Positions 46,387 through 56,100 of a stretch of DNA of 57,609 nt are shown in pieces. This DNA is from an uncultured archaeon (GTDB lineage Archaea; Asgardarchaeota; Lokiarchaeia; Sigyniarchaeales; SOKP01). The translations under genes and the position numbers were made by a program. The notes below the pieces were generated by a model. The model was not told where the DNA came from. It worked only from the letters and a program-made list of their open reading frames with translations, and searched no databases. Position 1 is the first letter of the stretch, and the number at the start of each line of letters is the position of its first letter. The stretch lies in the NCBI GenBank assembly GCA_964493715.1, contig CAZBPC010000007.1:1-57609 (forward strand), in the 5' to 3' direction.

Positions 46387-47872
46387 ATTCCTTTCTAAAT
46401 TTTTTGTGCCTTGCTTCAAGCACTAAAATTTCAAGATTTTTTACCATTTCTTCCAGACTTGGAAAATCTGGAATGTCATGTGCACTTAAAATTTTAGATA
46501 TTCGTTTCACTTCTTTTTCTTCTCCTACTAACCAATAAAAAAAGGGTTTTGGTGCATTTCGAAGCTCCTCAATTATATCATCTAAATCATTGAACCCTCT
46601 ATACAGTTTGGAACAAAAAAGCATGTTAAAAATTGCTTCAACTTCAGGATCAGCAATCAAAGCCTTGTAAACCTTTGCCATGATGACTTTTGGTTCTATA
46701 TTATTCATCATTGCTTTTTCCATTGCCGGCCAAATATCGACAAACCCAAATCGGTTTGGAGGCATCCATTCAGGGAATACGCTTAAAAGCGTTTCATACG
46801 TTTCACTACTTAAAATCGGAAAATATAAGCCATGTTTATTTGTAAGATCTGCTGTGATGGTTCCCGCACCTCCAGATCCTGCTACCATTGTCGCATTTCC
46901 CTTGATTGGAAGGGTTTTATTAGAATTATACATCATGGAAAAAGTCCTTGCGTATTGAAATAGTTCATGAAAACTATTAGCTTGGACTACGTTCGCTTGT
47001 TTTAAGATTGCTTTGATCAACTTGGTGCTTTCAGAGAGGGTTCCAGTATGGCTATGTGATGCTTTTTGTCCTAATGAGGTTGTTCCCCCTTTTACCATTA
47101 TTATTGTCTTATCTTGTTTTGTCATGGCTTTTTTACATAATGTCAAGAATTTCCGAGGATCTTTAAATGATTCAAGATATATCGCTATAACATTTACAGT
47201 TGGATCGTCAATTAAATACTCTAAAAATTCATTCTCTCCAATATCCATCTTATTTCCTATTGAACAAGAATATCTAAATCCAATATTAGGGTATTTTGAG
47301 AAGATGTGCATCAGATAACCTCCATTTAACATTCCAGATTGACTCAATACTGCTATATTTCCACGATTATACTCCGAAAAGACACCAAAACTGGTAAAGA
47401 ACCCTCCTTTATTTTCTGAGGAACTGCTCTCATCAAATCTAGTTAAACCCATGCAATTTGGGCCAACAACTCTGATTCTGGTAAAATTCTCCGTTATCTT
47501 TAAAATTTCATCACGTAGTTCCAATCCAGCATCTCCAACTTCCTCGAATCCTGAAGCTTCAATTAACGCGCCTTTTATTCCCTTTTTTATACAATCTCTA
47601 AGTAAATCTGGTATCACTTGATTTGGTACGTAGAAGATTGCGATATCGATTTCATCCTTTATATCTAAGATGCTATTTTTAAATTCTAACCCGTAGATCT
47701 CTCCTTTAGTATTAGGATTAATCGGAAACACTTTCCCATTAAAATTATTTGAAACTAAGTTTTGTACAATTCTATGTCCCCCTTTTAATGGATTTTTCGA
47801 TGCTCCTATTACTGCTACTGATTTTGGATTTAGAAAAGCATGAATTATGTTATTTTCAGACAAACTTGTCAT
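46370..47872 (-). CDS. Acyl-CoA synthetase (NDP-forming) alpha-subunit-like protein with intact phospho-His loop
   Basis: PKSVAVIGAS, GFEE, VGPNCMG, SQSG, SIGNKMD, ASHSHTG. Confidence 0.88.
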   Translation of the reverse strand: MTSLSENNIIHAFLNPKSVAVIGASKNPLKGGHRIVQNLVSNNFNGKVFPINPNTKGEIYGLEFKNSILDIKDEIDIAIFYVPNQVIPDLLRDCIKKGIKGALIEASGFEEVGDAGLELRDEILKITENFTRIRVVGPNCMGLTRFDESSSSENKGGFFTSFGVFSEYNRGNIAVLSQSGMLNGGYLMHIFSKYPNIGFRYSCSIGNKMDIGENEFLEYLIDDPTVNVIAIYLESFKDPRKFLTLCKKAMTKQDKTIIMVKGGTTSLGQKASHSHTGTLSESTKLIKAILKQANVVQANSFHELFQYARTFSMMYNSNKTLPIKGNATMVAGSGGAGTITADLTNKHGLYFPILSSETYETLLSVFPEWMPPNRFGFVDIWPAMEKAMMNNIEPKVIMAKVYKALIADPEVEAIFNMLFCSKLYRGFNDLDDIIEELRNAPKPFFYWLVGEEKEVKRISKILSAHDIPDFPSLEEMVKNLEILVLEARHKKFRKEFTVPL

Positions 47873-48064
47873 TTAAGAATATATATAAAGTTAAATGAGA
47901 AAATAATGTACGGTAAAAATAGTCTTCTACTTTCCTAAGTTCGATTTATTAGTATGGAAAGTTATAGGAAAAGCATTGTTTTCAATACAAACATTTAAAT
48001 ATAAAAAGTGATAATTGTTTTTATAGTAAAAATAATTTTTACAGTAAAAATATTGTGAATTTTT

Positions 48065-48523
48065 ATGCCTGAAGAAAAAGAAAAAAAAGAAAAAAAAAAG
48101 CCAATGTTTGAAAAGGTGGGTCTAGTGTTTCGAAATCCCACGAGAGTAGAAATACTACGGGAACTTTCCTTTAATTCCCAACGTCCTGTGGATTTAGCAA
48201 ATAAATTGGAAGTTGATCGTCAAAATATTAATTATCACATAGGCGCGTTAAAGAGAGGAGGAATAATTAAAACTCAGAAAATGGAAGTCTCAAAAGAGGA
48301 AGCACCAAAAATGAAAGGGGCCACAATTGATGAAGTGACTGAGAATGGAAAATTAAAAATCTCTTATGGAGTTGAACTTACAAAAAACGGCAAAGATATC
48401 GCGAGCCAATTTATAGACCCGCTTTACGAAGAAACAAATTTGGAAGAAGAGTATGAAAACTCACATATCAATAAAAAAAAGAGGAAAAATAATTATGAAA
48501 AATGTAAGCATTCAAATTGTTGA
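48065..48523 (+). CDS. ArsR-like winged-helix transcriptional regulator
   Basis: NPTRVEILREL, DLANKL...RQNINYHIGALKRGGII, LTKNG. Confidence 0.8.
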   Translation: MPEEKEKKEKKKPMFEKVGLVFRNPTRVEILRELSFNSQRPVDLANKLEVDRQNINYHIGALKRGGIIKTQKMEVSKEEAPKMKGATIDEVTENGKLKISYGVELTKNGKDIASQFIDPLYEETNLEEEYENSHINKKKRKNNYEKCKHSNC

Positions 48524-49523
48524 AATGTTATTTGAAAACCCGTTAGAAATTTTGGAATTTGAAAAACCTCAATCTCATGGTAATATGACAATTATCCCGA
48601 TCATCTATAAGGGTAAATCATTAGATTTTATAAGTGTGAAAAAAGCTGAAGAACTTGGTTTAATAAGCATAAATGAAACTGATACTGTCAGTCAATTGGA
48701 AGTTGTAAACAATAGTGATAAACAAGTCTTAATCCCATTTGGTGTAACCGTTCACGGGGGAAAACAAGATCGAACTATCTGGGAACCCATCCTTTTAGCC
48801 TCTGGAGGAAAGCAGAATATTTCTGGGACCAATAAAGGAGCAATGGATCAAAAGTACACGGTTCCGGCGAAATGCGTAGAACAATCGAGATGGAATTATG
48901 GTAAGGGAAAAGGGTTTAAATCTTCCAATACAAGACTTCATCCCAATGTTGCTTTTGAAGCTATATCTTCTGTTGGTCAAGGGTCTGTTTGGAATGAAAT
49001 ACAGGCTTATAGATCAGAAATGAGTTATAATGCTAATATTGCCCCAACTCAGAGTTACTTAGAAATGACTGAAAATATTGAAAAGGAAACGAAAAAAATT
49101 GTTACCACATTTAAAAATCTAGAAGATCAGTGTGGTATAGCTACTTTTATTAATGGTGAATTTATTGGTATAGAATTTTACGCAAACGCACAAGTGTGGG
49201 AAGAAATGAGCAAAGATATACTCAAAGCTTTTGCCATCGAATCATTGAGATTTAAAAATAAATCCAAAGAAAAATCAGAACTAAGTTATGACCAATTGAT
49301 CACAGCTTTACATAATTTAAATTTAAAATTTACTTCAAGAAATGGCATTGGTTTAGGCGAAGTAGTCGAATTTGAATCTCAAGATAAAAAATGGCGTGGC
49401 AATACTCTTATTCATGAAAACTCATTCGTTCAATTTTATATAGTCTCGAAAAGAGGCGGTAGCACGCAGACAAATATGAGGGAGCCATTTTTTCAAACGA
49501 ATGTTGAACAAAGATATATTTAG
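48495..49523 (+). CDS. ARPP-1 / DUF6569-like protein
   Basis: VSQLEVVN, GGKQDRT, VPAKCVEQSRW and QGSVWNEI resemble the recalled family motifs GAKQNR, CVEQGRW and QxxVW; GAGG before ATG 48495. Confidence 0.7.
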   Translation: MKNVSIQIVEMLFENPLEILEFEKPQSHGNMTIIPIIYKGKSLDFISVKKAEELGLISINETDTVSQLEVVNNSDKQVLIPFGVTVHGGKQDRTIWEPILLASGGKQNISGTNKGAMDQKYTVPAKCVEQSRWNYGKGKGFKSSNTRLHPNVAFEAISSVGQGSVWNEIQAYRSEMSYNANIAPTQSYLEMTENIEKETKKIVTTFKNLEDQCGIATFINGEFIGIEFYANAQVWEEMSKDILKAFAIESLRFKNKSKEKSELSYDQLITALHNLNLKFTSRNGIGLGEVVEFESQDKKWRGNTLIHENSFVQFYIVSKRGGSTQTNMREPFFQTNVEQRYI

Positions 49524-49640
49524 GTTCCTAATAATTATTAATTTTTTTTTATATTTTTTCTATTTTATGTTTTGAAACAAACCTTATGCTTGGCTTGCAA
49601 AATTTGAAAAATAGAGTCGAATAAAAAAAATGAATATTTT

Positions 49641-51092
49641 TTATTTTAAATTATTAATTGCTTCCTTTAAAATAACCTCAAATCTTTCTAATATAAAATC
49701 AGCATCACTTTCGGTTATAATCAAGGGAGGTTTAATTTTTACAACATTTCTTCTTAGAATTTGCCCACGCATGGTAAGAATTGGCATCGATTCTCCCAAA
49801 AATATCCCATGCTCTGGAGCTATCAAAATCATTTCTTCAGATAATTCTGTAAATGGTTCTCGTGTATCTTTATTCTTTACTAATTCTACTCCAATGAATA
49901 ATCCCTCACCTCGAACATCTCCAATCACCTCGTATTCCTCTTGCATCTCTAAGAATCTTTTTGTCATTTTTTGTCCCATTTTTTCGCAGTTTTCTCCTAA
50001 TTTTGATACTTCTGCTACTCTAAGTGCTGCTAATCCCGCTGCAGCTAATACAGGATTGGAACTGAATGTAGTATGTTCTTCAGAAGGCCCGAATCTCTTC
50101 CTAATTTTAGGAGAAGCAATTAAAACACCTAAAGGAAATCCGCCTCCAATTCCCTTTGTATAAGTAATCATATCAGGTGAAACATCGACATTTTGTTCTT
50201 TCTCATATCTCTCTGTTAAGGTGAAATACTTTCCTGTTCTCCAAAAACAAGTCTGGCATTCATCATAAATGAGATTCACTCCTTCTTCCTCACAAGTGTA
50301 TTTAAGTTTCTTTAAAAATTCGACAGGTGCTGGAATTTGACCTCCACCGGCTTGATTGGGCTCAATGATAATTCCTGCAAACTGTTTAGGAGCCATCCCT
50401 TTGATATAACTTTCAACAAGATCAAAGCATTCTAAATTACAACCAGGATCTTTTTTACCTCTAATCCCTTCTTTATACTTCCATAAACATCTGTAACAAT
50501 ATGGATAAGGCATCCGAGTAAAATGATCGTGTCCAAAATATTCAAATCGATTAACTGAATGGATGGGTTGAGAGGCACAACCAGTAATTAATGAATTTCC
50601 ATGATATCCCCCCCAAAAAACACCAAAATTATTAGCACCTCTTGATGTCATCAATGCTAACTTCATTGCTGCTTCATTTGCAAGCCCTCCTCCCTCATTA
50701 TTAATTGATACTCTCCCACCTTTGAGTTTGCCAGGAGCAAGTTCAGCAAGCTTATTTATTAATTTAGCCCTTGAGGGTGTTAAGGTGTTATATCTCACGT
50801 GCGTTAACTTTAACATCTGTTGATATACCGCATAATTTATATCTGGGTGAGCAAAACCTAATGAGAGTACCCAGTTCATTGATGTAACATCTAACAATTC
50901 TTTCATGTTTCCTTCTTTATCTCTCACTCTTACCCATGCAGAACCGGGTTCTTTTGCTTCAATGGGAATTAAAGGTTCTATAAATGAATTTAAACTATGT
51001 TTTTCAAATTCCATCAAATCCTCTTCATTAACCCCCGCAGGAATTCGTTCTAATTCCTCTTTTGTCAATACAATTGGTTCAATATCTTTCAT
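49641..51092 (-). CDS. Class III PLP-dependent aminotransferase
   Basis: LGFAHP, GYHG, IIIEP, YDECQTCFWRTG, DMITYTKGIGGG, DVRGEGL. Confidence 0.92.
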   Translation of the reverse strand: MKDIEPIVLTKEELERIPAGVNEEDLMEFEKHSLNSFIEPLIPIEAKEPGSAWVRVRDKEGNMKELLDVTSMNWVLSLGFAHPDINYAVYQQMLKLTHVRYNTLTPSRAKLINKLAELAPGKLKGGRVSINNEGGGLANEAAMKLALMTSRGANNFGVFWGGYHGNSLITGCASQPIHSVNRFEYFGHDHFTRMPYPYCYRCLWKYKEGIRGKKDPGCNLECFDLVESYIKGMAPKQFAGIIIEPNQAGGGQIPAPVEFLKKLKYTCEEEGVNLIYDECQTCFWRTGKYFTLTERYEKEQNVDVSPDMITYTKGIGGGFPLGVLIASPKIRKRFGPSEEHTTFSSNPVLAAAGLAALRVAEVSKLGENCEKMGQKMTKRFLEMQEEYEVIGDVRGEGLFIGVELVKNKDTREPFTELSEEMILIAPEHGIFLGESMPILTMRGQILRRNVVKIKPPLIITESDADFILERFEVILKEAINNLK

Positions 51093-51225
51093 GATGATTC
51101 ATTTCAAATTAAATATTTATTTTAATATTAATACTTGCTTGAAAATTAAATATACGGAATTATTTATTAACGACACTTCCTCCATTTTAAAGAATAATTC
51201 TAAATGAATGATTACTTGCAAGGAA

Positions 51226-52830
51226 TTATGGGTTGTTTTCTTCTAATTCGAGGCGTTCCTCAATCCGTTTTATTGCATTTGAAGCATGAATCCTAACAGT
51301 TCGATGGAAATCATTAACTCTGGATAATAAGGCATTTATGGCTTTTTCATCTCCAAAAGTTTCTAAAATCTTAATCATGCTTAATTTAACTTTATAATCT
51401 TCATCTTCACCAGACTTCAAATATTCTATCAATTGAGCAAAATCCTGATTTAAATTTCGCCATAATTCATTTTCGGTATCCTTTAGTTTGTACCAATTTT
51501 TTTGAAAGATATTGTAAACGGCATCTGCAGCAACCTTCTTGAGTAACCAATAGGTTGAACCCTTTTTCAAAAGAGAGATCAAGGTATTTAATGAAGAAGT
51601 CTGTCCTATTTTTCCTAAAGCGATGATTGCATTTTTCCGAATATCTACATTTCGTACTTTTAGGATACTAATTAAAGGTTCGGCAAATTCTTCTTTTCCA
51701 AGTTCTCCGAATATGAAGGCAATAATTTCCTTCATTGTATCATTATCTTTATCTAAATATGTGAATAAGTGATCATATGAAGCCTCTTCATTGTGAAGGT
51801 ATATGTTTTTAATAGCATCGATGATTTGAAATTTCATATCAATATCAGTATATTCAAAACTTACATCATCAATATTTAAAATATCTAAAAGTTGTGGCAC
51901 CGCAGAAATATCTCCTATTTGACCCAAAGCTTCAATAGATGCTATGGTGACTTCAGAATATAAACTATCTAAATTATTAAATAAGGAATCTAAAGATTCT
52001 TTAATTCTGAGCTTTCCTGATACGATGATTGCGTTTTTCTTAACAATAAAATCATCATTAAGTAAGAGTTTTATGAGATCATCTTTAATCTCATCTTTTA
52101 ATAAAGTTAAAATAGCAATTACAGAATTCATGAATTCTGAATCCTCTTCTTTTAAAACTTGAGTCACTTCATTCAGTACAACATTTTTATGCTCAATGAG
52201 ATTCGTTATAACTTCAGGATACTTAGTTTGAAGATAACTTACATCTTCAAACGAGATATTAATACTAGATAATTCATAGCCGATTAATTTGAATATTTCA
52301 GATTTATGTTCATTTGAATAATTATCATTTTTTAAAGAATCTAAAAGATATTTTATCAAAACATCGGGTGTTAAATCTAATAGTTGATTCCTGGCATATT
52401 TTTTAATAATTTTGTTTTTTGCCTCAAGATTCTCGATAAAAAGCTTGATTTCCGAATCTTCAAATCTTGTCTTGTTTATTGCTTTTAATGATGCAAGAAT
52501 TATCGCAGGTTCGGTTGATTTTTGATCTATTACCCACTTTAATGGTTTTAGAGCCTTTTCAAGCTTCAGTTCTCCAAGAGCTTTTGCTGCTTCACATTTT
52601 ATTTCTACTCCTTCATCTGATATCAGTAGATTCTCCAATGTATCATAGCATTCTTTACCAATCTGTGGTGTTTCTTCACAAACTAAACCTAAATATTTGA
52701 TTGCTCGTATTCGTTTCGCTTCTTCCTTCGCTGAATCTAATATTTCAGTAAGCATTTTAACGGAATTAACGATCCCTAGTTCTTCTCGTCTTTGAAAAAT
52801 TTCATCTGGATGAAGGTTTGGCTCCCACAT
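51226..52830 (-). CDS. HEAT-repeat (PBS lyase HEAT-like) protein
   Basis: Repeated units: KCEAAKALGEL, KKNAIIVSGKL, SIEALGQIG, RKNAIIALGKIG, RIHASNAI. Confidence 0.85.
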   Translation of the reverse strand: MWEPNLHPDEIFQRREELGIVNSVKMLTEILDSAKEEAKRIRAIKYLGLVCEETPQIGKECYDTLENLLISDEGVEIKCEAAKALGELKLEKALKPLKWVIDQKSTEPAIILASLKAINKTRFEDSEIKLFIENLEAKNKIIKKYARNQLLDLTPDVLIKYLLDSLKNDNYSNEHKSEIFKLIGYELSSINISFEDVSYLQTKYPEVITNLIEHKNVVLNEVTQVLKEEDSEFMNSVIAILTLLKDEIKDDLIKLLLNDDFIVKKNAIIVSGKLRIKESLDSLFNNLDSLYSEVTIASIEALGQIGDISAVPQLLDILNIDDVSFEYTDIDMKFQIIDAIKNIYLHNEEASYDHLFTYLDKDNDTMKEIIAFIFGELGKEEFAEPLISILKVRNVDIRKNAIIALGKIGQTSSLNTLISLLKKGSTYWLLKKVAADAVYNIFQKNWYKLKDTENELWRNLNQDFAQLIEYLKSGEDEDYKVKLSMIKILETFGDEKAINALLSRVNDFHRTVRIHASNAIKRIEERLELEENNP

Positions 52831-53171
52831 ATCTGAAAGCTGGATATTTTATTATATATTACAATTACTTACCATATAGCCCTTCTAATTATAAAAATTT
52901 TTTCAGTAGTTTTCATTAAAAATGTCAAAAAAAAAATTTTATTATAGATGAGACTCAATATCTTCTCACGTTAGATTTCTGAGAAGCCACCAAAAGAACT
53001 AACATTCAATGGTTTCCTCACTTGTTATTTATTTTTATCCGGAATAAATCCTTTATTGTGGTTGTTTAAGCCTTCAGATTACCTTTCTGAAGTAATGTGT
53101 AAAAAAATAAATCCTTAAATATAAGATTGGTACTAAATAGTATTAACAAATTATTATTTTGGCGAGAAACA

Positions 53172-56100
53172 ATGGAAAATAATTTGAAATTTAAATATAA
53201 ATCAGTTTTATTAATAGTTATTTTTGCTTTACCATTTGTTTTTGGAGCATTTGGCTATTTAAATATTGAAAAAAACGGAGATAGTACAAATATATACGCA
53301 GATCAAATAAAAGAGAAAGAGACATATAACAATAATATTGAAACTCCTAATCATTCTGATCCTGAAGTTCAATTACCAGAACCTACTAATGATTATGATT
53401 TTTATAGAAACCAACTTCTTGATCATTTTAATCTTACTTATGGAGATTATTTGAATATGGATGCACATGATAAAGGAATGTTTTATAATTACACTATTGC
53501 ACTGTGGGGAAAAGAAAATGGAACATTAACTGAAGAAGAAGCTCAGCAATTAATAGAACATCACTCACCAACAGCTCTTGGAAAATATCCTAAAAGGGAA
53601 GCAATAATAGAAAATACAGATGGATCATTCATAGTAAAGTTCTCGATTACAGGTAAATGGGCTGAAAGGGTGACAAAAGTTACTGCTTATCTTGATGATG
53701 ATGAAAATATCTTCTCTTGGGGTTCAAATTTTAAACAAATGCAAATTAAAGAAGAAATAACGCTATTTCCCGAAGGTCATATGGAAGACAATTATAAAAG
53801 TTGGGTTGGCAGTATAGTATGGGGGGAAAAAGCATCTTTTGAAATCTGGTGTGCACCAGGATATATTGATGATTGTGTTGAGATATTTATTGTAATAGAA
53901 TGGGATTTTTATGATGTGTTGCATATTCTTGACCCTTGGCAGCACCAGGATACTAAATGGGAACGCTTTTCACACACAGCATACATACCTCCAGTGTCGG
54001 AGTGGCCATTATTTCCAACCACAGACATTGATTCCATAGATGATTTAATAGAGTGGACGCCTATAAACATAGTCGATGATGATACGGTAAAACCTATAGT
54101 TAGTTCTTTCATAGTTGATCATGAAGATCTCAGGTATGATGGGTTTAATATTGATGTTCTTGACCCTCCAACTAGCATTAAAGAAGGGAAGACATACAAA
54201 TACACTAATGATCAAGTATTGTTTATTTTATCTGAAGATGATTCACCACCAGGATCATTACAAATGGAACGTTACTCTGTTATAGATTCTTATGAAAAAT
54301 GTATTGGTACTAATGAAGTTGAATTAATAGAAACGAGTGTATATCTTACTTTGGATTTATTTGGAATACCAATTACCACAGTTTCGAATGCTATTGGCTA
54401 TGGTTTTAGCTTAGTAGACAATACACCCGGCATAAAATATAAATTTGTCGTCCAAGTAAGTGATTCTGATGATGATAGAGGAGAAATCGATAGAGAAACA
54501 TCAAATCCTTTAACATTTTACTTATGCTCAGACGCGAGTTCTACTTCTTCCATAGATTTTGGTTTGATTATGGGGGCAGGAGCAGGAACAGCTCAACTTG
54601 TTCAAAAACTCGATGGTGTCATTCCAGATATAGATTTTTCTCACGTTGATTTCCAAACAAATGATGAATACGAAGTTTTTCCATATAAAAAGGATACAAC
54701 CGCAACAGAGATGAGTTTTGATATACAATATTATAATCCATTCGAGTTTCCAATAAGAATTCAATTAGGATATAACCAATCTGAAAATAGTCCAAGATTA
54801 TCAACAAGTATCGATATTGATCAATTCAGAATTGTTGAGAATGGATTTGAAGGACGTGATAATATCTATAATGGTTTTGGATCCGGAACACCTGAGGAAA
54901 TTGAAAGCAGTGTCTTTAATTCTTATATACCAAGCGAAATCAATTCTGGCGGTACCGGATTAGGTACATTATGGTTTGAGCTTGAACCTAAAGAAACAAA
55001 GATTTTTGAAGATTTTCTTAAAATTAGAGTTGAAGATTTTGAATTGTTAAGTTATTTAGACTTACAAACACTTATGGAGGAAATTTCTATGTATATTGCG
55101 ACAGCTAACTCCTTATCCTCATTAGCTTTTGATTTTATGACGTATGGTATATTTGATGAAGGTTTTCAAAGTAGTTATTCACTTGATAATACATTTAACC
55201 TTTACAACGCTTTATATCTTAATCCGTACTTGCACTCATTAAAAGCTGTATCTAATTTTGGCATTAAAGTTGAAAATGTATACTACCCAAAATTATATCT
55301 TCAAGACGAGAATGTTGCTATCTGGAATAATACTTTTTGTATAACAGATCGAGAAACTCTAAATTTATTTTTAATCGCAGACGAAGAACAAACGCTAGGT
55401 TATACTTTTGACTCTCAAACAGGATATAATCGCTTTAGATTTGCTTTTTATCCTCCCGATGAACAGGTATCCGCATTTGCTACATTTATTCGACAAAATT
55501 TATTACGTGATACTTTGTTATATATATCTTCATTTGGTTCTAGTTTGTCTGACGAAAATCCTTATAAGACATTATTAGAAGTTATTCCTATGATTACCGC
55601 TGTGGGTCTTTCTCCTCTTTTATATCATTTCGTTGAAATTATGAATGGATTCAACTCATTAGATTATAATTTTAATGAGAAACCGAACCCTGGGTTAATT
55701 TCAGTGTTAATTGATCAATTTCCAGAACTTCTGCAAGACAATGAATTAGCCATAAGAACTCTGTCATATTTAGAAAAATCATCTGAAATGGAAAGAGAGT
55801 TACAGGGATATTACGAAAGTATGAATAGATATCATACAGCAGTCATCTATAGTCAATGGTCTTCTTCTTCAAATCAACTATTTTATGCTGCAGAATTTTC
55901 TAAAAATGCAAACCAGTTTATGAATGAGATGACAATTGATTTAGCTTTTATATTAGCCACGATCAGTGATGGTCTATCTAATATAGGAATGGCTCCTTTC
56001 TCGAATGAGAATATAGATATGGTTAAAAATAACTTTGGATATGATACTAGATATCTAACAAATACATATGACCAATCAAGTTTTCGGAGTAACGACGAAA

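Noticed and set aside
49630-50163. 177-aa + strand ORF
   Set aside because: Lies antisense to the class III aminotransferase and has no recognisable motifs; a shadow ORF.
53763-54807. Four short - strand ORFs from the track
   Set aside because: All are antisense to the giant + strand ORF starting at 53172.
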